Positions 12,523 through 24,900 of a stretch of DNA of 64,000 nucleotides are shown here, piece by piece. The translations under genes were made by a program, and so were the position numbers. Position 1 is the first letter of the stretch; each line of letters begins with the position of its first letter. Location: the NCBI RefSeq assembly GCF_006345805.1, contig NC_043004.1:558001-622000 (forward strand), in the 5' to 3' direction. The DNA comes from Octopus sinensis (lineage: Eukaryota). A model generated the notes under the pieces. The model did not search any database. It saw nothing but the letters and a program-made list of their open reading frames with translations, and was not told the origin of the DNA.

Positions 12523-15500
12523 ACACACTCACACACATAACAGGTTTCGTTCAGTTTCTGTCTATGAAATCCTCTCACAAAGCATTGGTCAACATGAGGC
12601 TCTACTAGAAGACACTTACCCAAAGTGACATGCAGTGGGACTGAAATTGGAACCATGTGGTTGGGAAGCAAACTTCTTACCACACAGCCATGTCCATGCC
12701 TATTGTTTGAGTAGAAAGGGATGGGTTGATGACTTTTGTCACTCAAACGTGAGAAAAAATATCGGAACATTTAAATATTTTTATTCCTCCTGTTTCTTTA
12801 ATGTTTCACCCTTTAAATGACTATTTTTAAATAGATGCACCATTTGATATTTTCTTATGGTGATATCTTTACCAAAACTTACTCCATCATATAAAGATCT
12901 CAGAAACCTATGAAGAAAATTAATGCCTTATTAAATATTTCTTTTAATTTTTTACTAATAATTTGTCTATTTTTCTATTTCCTTAGGCAATCCCAGTGTG
13001 CCAAACTGCGTTGTATTCTTCATTATTTCCGTAGAGTTGCTTCTGCTGGCCAGTATTTCACTGGAGAAATTGAAATACAACGACAGGTTAGCAGAAATTT
13101 TTGAAAAATATTTTCTCTTTTGATTGTTGCCAGTGCTGCCTGATTGGCTCCTGTGCCGGTGGCACGTAAAAAGCACCATTCGAGTGTGGTCCTTGCCAGT
13201 ACCGCTTGACTGGCTCCTGTGCTGGTGGCATGTAAAAAACACCATTTGAGCATGGTTGTTGCCAGTACCGCTTGACTGGCTCCTGTGCTTGTGGCATGTA
13301 AAAAACACCATTTGAGCGTGGTTGTTGCCAGTGCTGCCTGACTGGCTCCTGTGCCAGTGGCATGTAAAAAGTACCCACTACACTCTCGGAGTGGTTGGCA
13401 TTAGGAAGGGCATCTAGCTGTTGAAACATTGCCAGATTGGATTGGAGCCTGGTGCAGCCATCTGGCTTGCCAGTACTCAGTCAAACTGTCCAACCCATAC
13501 CAGCATGGAAAGCAGACATTAAACGACGATGACGATGATGAACTCAGTCGGGGCTCCATATAAGGTTTTGGGGACTCCAAGCAAGCAAAACAATAAATTG
13601 GGGATCCATGGTAGTATTTTAAGGGTCCATGAAAAAACAATTTTGCTTTAGATGTCTTTATTGCCAGAAACAGCCAGGTTTCTTTCTTCTGAGACGAATT
13701 CCTCGTTACTTCTGCTGTTTTTTTAATTGTTTGCAAAAGAAAACACTTCGTTATGTAAATTTTGATTTCTGTCAACTCTTTGTTCATTTTTAGGTAATGG
13801 AACCACGAAAACGTCCAACTCTGGAAACCTGGAAGAATTGCTCTACCAGTCTCTGTCCTATTTATGTTCGAGAAAATGGTAAAACCTATGATGCCAGTAG
13901 TGCCACTTTAAAGGTTGGTAAAAATTTTTTATATTTTGTCTTTTCTCTGGAATGTAATCCTTTCTCACATGTTTGCATCAAATATTTACCTCCAAGTAAT
14001 CTTCGATAATTTCATTATTATTATTATTATTATTATTATAATGTTACGAACTTTTGTTGGGCACAAAACATGGTGCTTTCGTACATCAAGGGAGGTTACT
14101 GTGTTATGGACGTTCTCTCAGGAGTTTTGTATATTGAAATGACAAATCTAAAAACCGATCCTATCATTTGCCTGAAGAAATATTTGAAGATCTTCCAGGG
14201 AAACATTTACGTTGATATATATTATATTATTTTTAATAAGCAGAGGTTACAGAGTGACTCAAGGGTTGAACGTTTCGTGAATGGCACTTTTATCTACTTG
14301 AGAAATAGTGAAAATCACAATTCTATATTTAACAGATGAAGAATTATGTAGATTATTTACATTTGACGGATATTTGACCTCATCTTGTTTTTTGTTAACA
14401 CAACGTTTCGTCTGATATACCCACCAGCCTTCATCAGGTGCCTTAGGGAAGTTTCGAACCTGAGTCCTCATTCCTTGGGTATTTTTCGATTTTATTATTA
14501 TTATTCAGGTCACTGCCTGGAATTGAACAAGTACCAGTTACACACTGGGGTAGATATAATTGACTTAATCTGTTTGTCTGTCCTTGTTTGTCCCGTCTGT
14601 GTTTAGCTCCTTGTGAGTAGTAAAGAAATAGGTATGATGTATTCTTGAGATAAAACTCTTCATTTTATGTGACTGCAGTTTACTCAGCTCTCAACGAATG
14701 ACCCTATGATGGATTGGCGTCCTGTTCAGGAAGATTATTGTATTCTTATTTCTTTATTGCCCACAAGGGGCTAAACATACAGGGGGACAGACAAGGACAG
14801 ACAAAAGGATTAAGTTGATTATATCGACCCCAGTGCGTAACTGGTACTTAATTTATCAACCCTCGAAAGGATGAAAGGCAAAGTCGACCTCGGCGAAATT
14901 TTAGGTCAGAATGTAAAGACAGATGAAATACCGCTAAGCATTTCGCCCGGTGTGCTTACGTTTCTGCCAGCTCGCCACCTTGTATTCTTGGTAAACTCTT
15001 ATGCCATGGAATCTGGTCAATGAACTCTATGAGTCCCAGGGCTCAAGACATTACTTAGCTGCCAGCTTCAGAGAGATGGTCATGACTGGAACAAGACTAA
15101 AGGTTCTCTTTTTTTTTGTTGAGAGGTGAAAATATTTAATTTAATTTGGTAGAAGTTTTAATTGTAATGTCTAGTAATTTTATCTCTTAATTAACGTATG
15201 CATTTAGTTTATTAATCTCAAATTTCAGATTGGATTTGCTAACAGATTTCTTGGAGGTCACATTTTAAGTAAAGGTAGATGCCAGGTAGGAAACGGTTGC
15301 TTTCTATTTTATGAATTAAAAATTTTTTTTATATTTGTATTTACAAGAGACATTTTGTTACGACTAAATTGTTGGCTTCACAGATTGAAGTGAAGATGTA
15401 TATTTTTGACGTCAATCTTTTACGTGTTTCAGCCAGTGGACTGTGGTCATGCTGGGGCAACGCCTTGAGTGCTTTAGGTGAACAAATCAACCTGAGTACT

Positions 15501-15929
15501 TATTTATATTTTAAGTCTGGTTCTTATTCTATTTGTTGTCTTTTGGTGAACCACTAAGTTACAGGGGTGTAAAGAAACCAACACTGGTTGTCAAGTGGTG
15601 GTGGGGGACAAACACAACACAAGCACACACACATACATAGACACATACATATATTCATTTGTATTTGTGCGTATCTATCTGTCTGTCTGTCTAGCTATCT
15701 CTCTGTCTATCTATCTATCTGTCTATCTCTGTGTCTGTCTATCTCTCTCTGTGTCTATCTGTGTCTGTCTGTCTCTCTATGTCTATCTATCTGTCTATCT
15801 ATCTGTCTATTTATCTATCTGTCTTGCTATCTCTTTGTCTATCTCTCTCTATGTCTATCTCTCTCTGTGTCTATCTCTCTCTCTCAGTGTCTGTCTACCT
15901 CTCTCTGTCTATCTGTCTGTCTGTCTGTC

Positions 15930-15968
<39 letters not shown>

Positions 15969-18900
15969 CTCTGTCTGTCTCTCTCTGTCTCTCTCTCTCT
16001 CTCTCTCTGTCTGTTTGTCTCTCTCTGTATTTTTTAGAATAATAGATAAGGAAAACAGAGTAGACGGGTAAGCTTTATTTAGTTTGCAGCACATTCTGTC
16101 TTCCCTATCAATTACAACATACTAAATGTGCACCGAAGAATTCCTTACCTAAATCCTGCGGATGACACTTGGCAGCCGTAAGTGGTAAACGTACTCTCAA
16201 GGCACACTCCCCGGGACATACCCAAAACAAAGTTGGGATATAACATTTTAAAATCTCCTATCTAAATTTTAATTTAAACAGGTGCAGGAGTGGCTGTGTG
16301 GTAGCTTGCTTTCCAACCACATAGTTCCGGGTTCAGTCCCACTGCATGGCACCTTGGGCCGACCAAAGCCTTGTGAGTGGATTTGGTAGACGGAAATTGA
16401 AAGAAACCCGTCGTATATATAGATATGTATATGTATTTGCATGTATGTGTTTGTGTGTCTGTGTTTGTCCCACTAACATCCCTTGACAACTGATGCTGAT
16501 GTGTTTATGTCCCTGTAACTTAGTAGTTCAGCAAAAAGAGACCGGTAGAATAAGTACTAGGCTTACAAAGACTAAGTCCTGGGGGTCGATTTGCTCGACT
16601 AATGGTGGTGCTCCAGCATGGCCACAGTCAAATGACTGAAACAAGTAAAAGAATAAAAGAATATATATACACACACACACTCACATGAACATACATGTAT
16701 CAGGTTGTTCATGAATACTACTCATAACATGTAGCAACCAAACCATGTGACATGTCTGCTGCCCAACAACCTAACTACATTCTTTTGTGAAGATGGCACA
16801 AAACTCAACATGCATGATTAAACTCTAACAATTAGTACTTTAATCAAATTTAATGAACGAAAATCCTTCATACCATTTCCCCGCCATAACCTACCATACA
16901 GTATAATTACCATTCAACAGAACTCTAGTTACCATTGAAAATTTTAAACTTAACCAGGGACTATATAACATCAAAAGCCCAATGATGGCTCAGCTGACCA
17001 CAACTTCAAAGTCACTGTCAAAACTATTCTTCTTGTTAAAGATTAATAAACATTATATATATATATATACTTCATTAAAAAGTAGTACAAATATCACAAA
17101 AACTGTTACTCAGAGTTTCACGTTCTCTTTTGTCAACAGTTTTGTTCTAAACAAAACTTTCTGACGAATAGGAACGTGAAACTCTGAGTAACAGTTTCTG
17201 TGGTATTTTTGCTGCTTTTTAATAAAGCATATTATTCTACCTTTGGTATTTGAGTACTATTTTTTTTGCCACCTTGTTCCACATTTATGTGCTTAGAGCG
17301 CCTACTTCTGCTGGTGACAAAGGGCATCTCGCTCAGAGTAAAAGTTAGACTGTATGATGCATGTGTACAAACTGCCATGCTACATGGCAGTGAAACATGG
17401 GCCGTAACTGCTGAGGACATGCATAAGCTTGCAAGGAATGAAGCCAGTATGCTCTGCTGGATGTCTAATGTGAGTGTGCATACATGACAGAGTTTAAGCA
17501 CCCTGAGAGAAAAGTTGGATTTAAGAAGCATCAGATATGGTGTGCAAGAGAGACGACTGCTGGTATGGTCATGTGTTGTGAATGAATGAGGACAGCTGTG
17601 TGAAAAAGTGTCACGCTCTAGCAGTTGAGGGAATCTGTGGAAGAGGTAGACCCAGGAAAACTTGGGATGAGGTGGTGAAGCACGACCTTCAAACATTGGG
17701 CCTTACCGAGGCAATGACTTGTGACCGGGACCTTTGGAGATATGCTGTGCTTGAGAAGACCTGACAATCCAAGTGAGACCATAGCCCATGGCCTATGCCA
17801 GTGGGTGTAACCAGCCCATTTATGAATATCCCTCATTCATTGGACAATAAACCTTGATTGTGAAGACCTATTGAGGCAAGTGAAATCAAAATTGCTGACG
17901 TGACCAAAGACAGTACCGCCTGATTGGTACACATCCGAATGTGGGGTGTAACCGGGCCACTTATGAGTATCCTTCATTCATTGGACAATGAACTTTGCTT
18001 GCAAAGACCTGTTGAGACAAGTGTAAACAAACCAAAATCGCTGATGTGGCTGATGACAGTACTACCTGATTGGTACTCATGCCAGTGGAACGTTAAAAGC
18101 ACATCCATGTGTGATCGCTGCCAGGGCCACGAATTGGCTCCCGTACTGGTGACATGGGAAAAGCACCATTCAAGCATGATCGTTACCAGTGTCAGCTTAC
18201 CAGCACATGTGCCAGTGGTACATGTAAATATAAGTAGAAAAAAAAAGAAAGTATTTTTGTATTCTTTAATGAAGGAGAAATCTCGTTCGTCTCTCAACCG
18301 CATAACCAATATTTTTAACCAAACTGTTCAATGTCTTTTCGTTTTATGTCGATTTTTTTTTTTTTGTCTTTAAAAAATTGTTTTTTGTTCTTTTTTTAAA
18401 ATCTCCAGGAGGAAATTATTTATATGACCTGTCCTGAATTGCTGGCCTCTACTCTCTTCATGGAAGCTATGGACGACAATGAAGCCATAACCATTAAAGG
18501 CTTTGAGAAGTTCTCTGAGTTTTCTGGTTATGGAGAGAATTTGAAGTTCTCTGGAAACTACTGTGATAAGGCTTCTGTGAGTAACTCTGAATGCTGCATA
18601 TTTTCCTTAAATAGTCAGAATGTTTGGCGGTGCTTTGTTATCACCTATGGCAACAAGGAATACATTTAACTTTCATTGTTGTCGTCATTATCATTGTTAT
18701 CACCACCACCACCATCATCATCATCATTTAATGTCCATTTTCCCTGCTGGTGTTGGGGTTGAACAGTTTGACAGGAGCTGGTATGGTCAGGGGCCATACC
18801 AGGTTCAATAGTCTGTTTGGGCTTGGTTTCTATGGCTTGATGCCTTTCCTAATGCCAACCACTACTGGTTGGGTGCTTTTTATGTGGTACCAGCACCAGT

Positions 18901-21900
18901 ACTTTTATGTGGCACTAGTGCCTTTTACATGACACCAGCACAGGTGCTTTTTGTGTGGCATCAGCCCTGGTGCTTTTATGTGGCACAAGTGCTTTTTATG
19001 TGACACCAGTACTTTTTATGTGGTACCAGTGTTTTTTATATGGCACCAGCGCCCTCACCAATGCTTTTTTTGTGGTATCTTGGTTTTAGGACCTCTATTA
19101 TGTTGTGGTGGCAGGTCTTCTCGAGTACAGCACTGCACCACATATTTCCGTCCTCTGTCATCTCCTTTGTAAGGTTCAGCATTTTGAGATTGGCCTTCTG
19201 TACTTTGTTCCATGTCTTCCTGGGTTTCCTTCTTCTATAACTTCTTTCCACTTTAAGTGATCATCTCTTCTTTATGCCACTGTCCTCATCCATCTGCATC
19301 ACAAGACCAAACTGGTGCCGTCTCCTCTCTTGCACACTGCCTGTAATTCCTCTTATGCCCAACTTCTCTCAATATGCCAATGCTCTGTCGCACATGGACA
19401 CAATGGATTTTTATACGTAAAAAGCACCATTCGAGCGTGGTCGATGCCAGTCCCTCCGGACTGGCTCCCATGCTGGTGGCATATGAAATACACCATATGA
19501 ATGTGGTTGATGCCAGTGCTGCCTGACTGGCTCCTGTGTTGGTGGCACAAAAAGCACCATTCGAGCATGGTTGTTGCCAGTGTCACCTGACTGGCCTCCG
19601 TGCCAGTGGCATGTAAAAAGCACCATTCAAGCGTGGTCAATGCCAGTACGCACACACACACACACACACACCACTATATCATCATCATCATCATTTAACA
19701 TCTGTGTTCCATGCTGGCATGGGTTGGACTGTTTGATGGTATTTGATGGGCCCAAGGACTGCATTGTGCTCCACTGTCTACTTAGGCATGGTTTCTATTG
19801 CAGGATGCCCATCCTAACGCCAACCATTTTACAGCATTGTACTGTGGAGATACATTCATTTTCTCTTAGAAGTGAACTGTTGTTTATTTGCTTTGCATTT
19901 AAATGTTTATATTTTTGTTTTCTTTTCCTCCAGCGGAAATCTGATGGCAATCTGGAGACAATGCTAAGTGCCATCAATACACTTCCGTACAAGTTTAACA
20001 ATCAACAAAAGCAATACATGGACCGATACCTGTTGCGAGATCTCAATAAATGTCTGGTTGGCTTTCAGCCAGCAATAAGCTCACTAAATCACACATCTGC
20101 AGATGAGGATTCCTTTCTCAATCAGGTTTGTGTCAACTCTGAGACACAAACTGTTACTACTGGAATTGTAGAAGACCCCATTCTTGTAACTAACGTTGAA
20201 CCCAGCAGTCTAACGCCTCCCCATAAAAGCAATGTTGCATCTAACACAGATGAGATTCTCATTGCCAATGAAGCAACAGATGTTGAAGGTTGGTTTTTGT
20301 GTTTTTTTGTTTATTTGTTAAAATATAAGCAATAATAAATCTTAGAGCAAGTTATAAACTGTAGCTGCAACACAACGTGAAGTATATTTGCCATTTAAAT
20401 ATGGCTAACCCCTAAGGGTGGATGCTACTGTAGCTTGTAACCTCAGGAGGACACCTCCTCCAGCTGGCTATTGACACACTTTCTGTGCCCAAGTGTGTCA
20501 ATAGCCAGCTGGAGGAGGTGTTCTCCTGGGGCTACAAGCTACAGTAGCATCCACCCTTAGGGGTTAGCCATATTTAAATGGCAAATATACTTCATGTTGT
20601 TAAAATATAGTTTACTTAGTAATTGATCTGGATGAGTAATTGTCAAATACCTGTATGTTGTTATTTGTTCCTTCTCAAGCCATGCTTGGCTCATAAGGGC
20701 TGGTTTCCCCGTTTCATTGGCATATATGTTCCCCACCTAGGCAGGATGCCGGTCTGTCGCAGGTGAGCTTCAAGATGCGGGAGGAAAGAGTGAGAGAAAG
20801 TTGTGGCGAAAGAGTCAGCAGAAGATCACTCTTACCTTCTGCTGGAGCCACGTGGATCTTAGGTGTTTTGCTCGTAAACACACACATCACCCAGTCTGAG
20901 ATTCGAACCCAGAGTCCTTTGACCGTGAGTCAACTGCTCTAACCACTATGCTGTGTGTCCACTAAATACCTGTGTGGGAACATTATATCCAACATGTTTT
21001 TGATATGTCATTTGTGTGTTGTTTTATATGTCTTTCTCTTTTTCAGCTCTGAACATAGACACACATACACCACATATTTACATCTTATTTCGAAATGATT
21101 TCCATTCATATTGATTTCTGTTAATTTTAAAAATGTTTATATTTGTAGGGGAAAGAAAAGAAGTGAAATTTGTCGAAGATATTGATAGTTTTGCCAAGCG
21201 TTTAACAAAAGAAATTCTCACCGAATCTCTATGTGAATTGAACCCTCAGTGTACTTGTAATAACTCTGATGATGTGGCTCCTCGTTTTGATAAAGAATTC
21301 AAGTCTATAGCAAAGTTTATACCAGAACATTGTTCCCTGTATGGCAGCGGGCTGTTGGCGTCTACCTTTGGTCATACAGCATCGATGGATTACTTGGATG
21401 TTGATTACCATGACTGGATCTCAAACTTTCGACGTCGAAGTTCAAACCTGAGTGATTTGACATCCCGTCGAAGTAGCTGCAGTACACGTTACAGCTCCTA
21501 CAGCGACATCAGTTCAGACTTTGAGGAATTGTACGAATCTTTCATGAAACGAGAACTCACGACTCGTCCTGGTACGATTCATGAAGAAATCGGCACATAC
21601 AATGTTCAGGATTTTGCTGCCAATTTTATAGAAAACCTACTCCAAGAGAGTGCTGCTATTGTTTATAATACAACCGGTATGCAGAACTTCCAAAATATTC
21701 ACCTTCCATCTAATCTGCACAAACCTGTGCCAATTAAACTTGGCCCTGAACCAAACATCGATCGTAATGCCAATGTCTCTTTTATATCAGAGGACACTGT
21801 CCAAGGTTATGTGGATCATTTATTTGAAGACATCAAGGTGACTGTTGTTGATTCAGAAGAAATTTGTTTACAGTGTGAAAATAAAGAACAACAAAGACAA

Positions 21901-24900
21901 TGTTCATTTTTCAGCAATTTAAGCACACTGAATGATCTTTCTGATGCTAGCATCATGTCTGTTGAGCCAGCTTGTAACATTTTCCGGCCAGCCATACCAC
22001 AGGCCATCTACAGTTATTCAGATTACCTCTCAAATGAAATTTTATGTGATTCTCTAAACGAAATAAGTACTCTAAATATTTCCTTTCTTGTCAGTTCGGT
22101 TTTAGCATCCAACAGTGAACAGAAAACCTCTCCATCGTCTACAGAGCTAGACTTAACTGCAGTTGCAGATAAATTAGTCAACCAAATCTTTCGGGAAGCC
22201 AAAGCTATAGTTAACTGCACTAACCCTTCCTCAGCTTCTTCCAGTCGACGACAATCACTATGGAGCAACTCTTCTTCATTGTCTGGTTGGATGAATAATA
22301 GCTTATCGTTTGGATGTTGGATTAATGATTTAAGTTCAAACATTCTCGACAGCAGCCTGAAAACAGCTCACAAAATTAGTATGTTTATTGATAGTATTGA
22401 ATGCCATGGTGTAAAAGCTGCCTATACCTCAAGTAGTTGCCAAGGAGTTTATCTCCCTGATTACGACAAATATGCCTTGACTATTACGAAGGAACTATTT
22501 ACAAATGCTTTGTTAGAACTGCACGAAAACTACCTTATTAACCCCTATTACCGACAGCTGCTACGGTACCAATATGGGCCCAGCTTGCAGAATATGACTA
22601 GTGTTGAAGACATGGACTGTTGTGGAGTTGGTTTTGACCACAAACTTGTTCCTCAGGAAGATCTTGCCAATTTCTATATGGAACTTGAGAGGCAAAGTTC
22701 TTTGAGTGAGCAGAATAAAACAATTGAACCAAGCATGAGTGGATTCCGCGATATTACACTTTCACAGTTTGCCGAGGAACTGATGCGCGCTGATGCAACG
22801 AGCCAGTCTTTGTTGAGCTTGCGCAATAATTGGCACCAGGAAAGTTTCCACAGCGGTAGTCTGAGTGGATTTAAAGACAACACTTTGGCAAGTTTTGAGG
22901 ACGAGTTGCTTAGGAGTCGTGTTGATTCTCCAGATTCCTTACTATATTTTGATATTAGGGACAATTTCCAACATCAAGAATCAGTGATCTCTCGAACTGA
23001 TATTTCCGATGACCCGACATCTAAAGATTTCAGTGAAATCCATTCTATGTCTTTGGACAGTGACGATAATCTATCAACATTTGCTGATCAGGTGTCAGAG
23101 GAAATAATGTACGAGTCTTTTGTAGATATTTTTGGAGTCATTCCATGTAACGTTCAGTTTAAATCTAATATATGCTTGCTATGTCTTGAAATGATTGCCG
23201 ATGAAATTGCCAAAAATGTGATCCATGTTGCCATTCTGACGTTGCAAAACCCTTCTTGCGACTACAGCGAAGATTTAACTCTGAACTTTTCACAATTTAC
23301 TCATCCATGCTTGCATAGAAAATTTCCTGTAATGTCTGTCATCGATTCCGAACCACAAAACATTCCACCACCTCTAACTCTAAATGACTTTTATGAAAAT
23401 ACTTCCAAAGAAATCATAGAATCTGCTATTTTAACCGTTTCTTCATGCAGAGACATTTACAAAGTAAGTCGAAATATTTTTTTTTAAATTATTTTTCTCT
23501 TTATTCTGTAATCCTTTCTTTTTCCACTGGTGAAGCAAAAACATAAACTCCTACGAGTGAAATGAATTAACTTCACTTTTGTATTTGTTCTGCAAGGTTC
23601 TTGATGTGAATTCATGAGTTGAAATAAATCTTGTCTTGGGAGGGTCATCATACTAATAACAACAGCACATGCACTGGTGCACTACCACTTCTTTATTGCT
23701 TGTCAGTTGGTTGAATATTTACCCAACTAAGTAATTGATCATTTGTTTAATGTGCTGATTAAACAGGTGATCAGGTGTTTGTTAGTCAAAGTCCTTTTGT
23801 TTCTTTATTGCCCACAGGGGCTACACACAGAGGGGACAAACAAGGACAGACAAACAGATTAAGTCGATTATATTGACCCCAGTGTGTAACTGGTACTTAT
23901 TTAATCAACTCCGAAAGGATGAAAGGCAAAATCAACCTCAGTGGAGTTTGAACTCAGTTGGTTAAATATTGGGTAAATATTTAACAATCTGACAAACAAT
24001 AAAGAAGTGATATTGCACCAGTGCGTGTGCTGTTGTTATTGGTGTGATGGCCCTCCCAAGACACAAAAGAGAGGAAGTCACTGACCTTCTCAGTGGCTTC
24101 CTCTATCCGCAAGGTCTACTCTGATGAATTTAGTTTTTCGTTTTACTGGAGAAAAACAGCAAAACATCAACAATAAACTGAAGGATGAATCATTGGGTGA
24201 ATTTTGTCAAAATGGTGTTTTCTTGGTTAGTTGAAACAAATATTGGTTTCAGATTTTGTCTCAAGGCCAGCAGTTTTGGTGGGGGGGGGTAGGAAAATCG
24301 ATTACACCAACCCCATTGTATGACCAGTACTTATTTTATTGACCTCTGAAAAGGGTGAAAGGCAGAGTCAACTTTGGTGGAATTGGAACTCAGAACGTAA
24401 AGACAGATGACATGCCACTAAGTGTTTGGCTCAATATGCTACCGATTCTGTCAGTTTGTTGTCTTTGCATGTTTTTTTTACCAAAATCTTAACGTCTGCC
24501 TACTTCTCTCTCTTACTGCTGTAAATCATTGGTCTATTGCCATACTGGGGCACTGCCCTCAAGTATTTTAATTGACTGTGTAGATAGTTGTATTGCTTTT
24601 AGCTTTAGTTATTATTTATTACTCTCATAAGAAATGAAGGGCAATTTGAGGCTACGGTAAGAGAGACTTGCTCAAGGTGCCCTACAATGAGATCAAGCTT
24701 GGAAGTAAATATTAAATATTCTTTTCTACTCTAGGCACAAGGCCCGAAATTTGGGGGGAGTTGGCCAGTTGATTAGGTTGATCCCCAGTACGCAACTGGT
24801 ACTTAATTTATTGACTCTGAAAGGATGAAAAGCAAAGTCGACCTTGGTGGAATTTGAACTCAGAATGTAAAGACAGACGAAATACCTCTAGGTATTTCAT

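Noticed and set aside
12967-13787. Recurrent MLFTCH../MPPA../LDALPNANH ORFs here and at about 15 other places, and ~60-bp spaced repeats resembling a CRISPR array
   Set aside because: Internal tandem units of SINE family B. The units repeat end to end with no unique spacers, and the DNA is eukaryotic.
13879-13884. Earlier donor g|gtaaaa for PARG-like exon 4
   Set aside because: It gives phase 1, incompatible with exon 5. The donor at 13914 keeps frame and the G..ED..LQV-equivalent segment.
15588-16071. Three overlapping 100-158 aa Leu/Ser/Cys ORFs that look like membrane proteins
   Set aside because: They are the (CTAT)n/(CTGT)n microsatellite read in three frames.
16276-16350. tRNA genes
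   Set aside because: The A/B-box-like sequences are SINE heads lacking a complete cloverleaf; no genuine tRNA or rRNA gene was seen.
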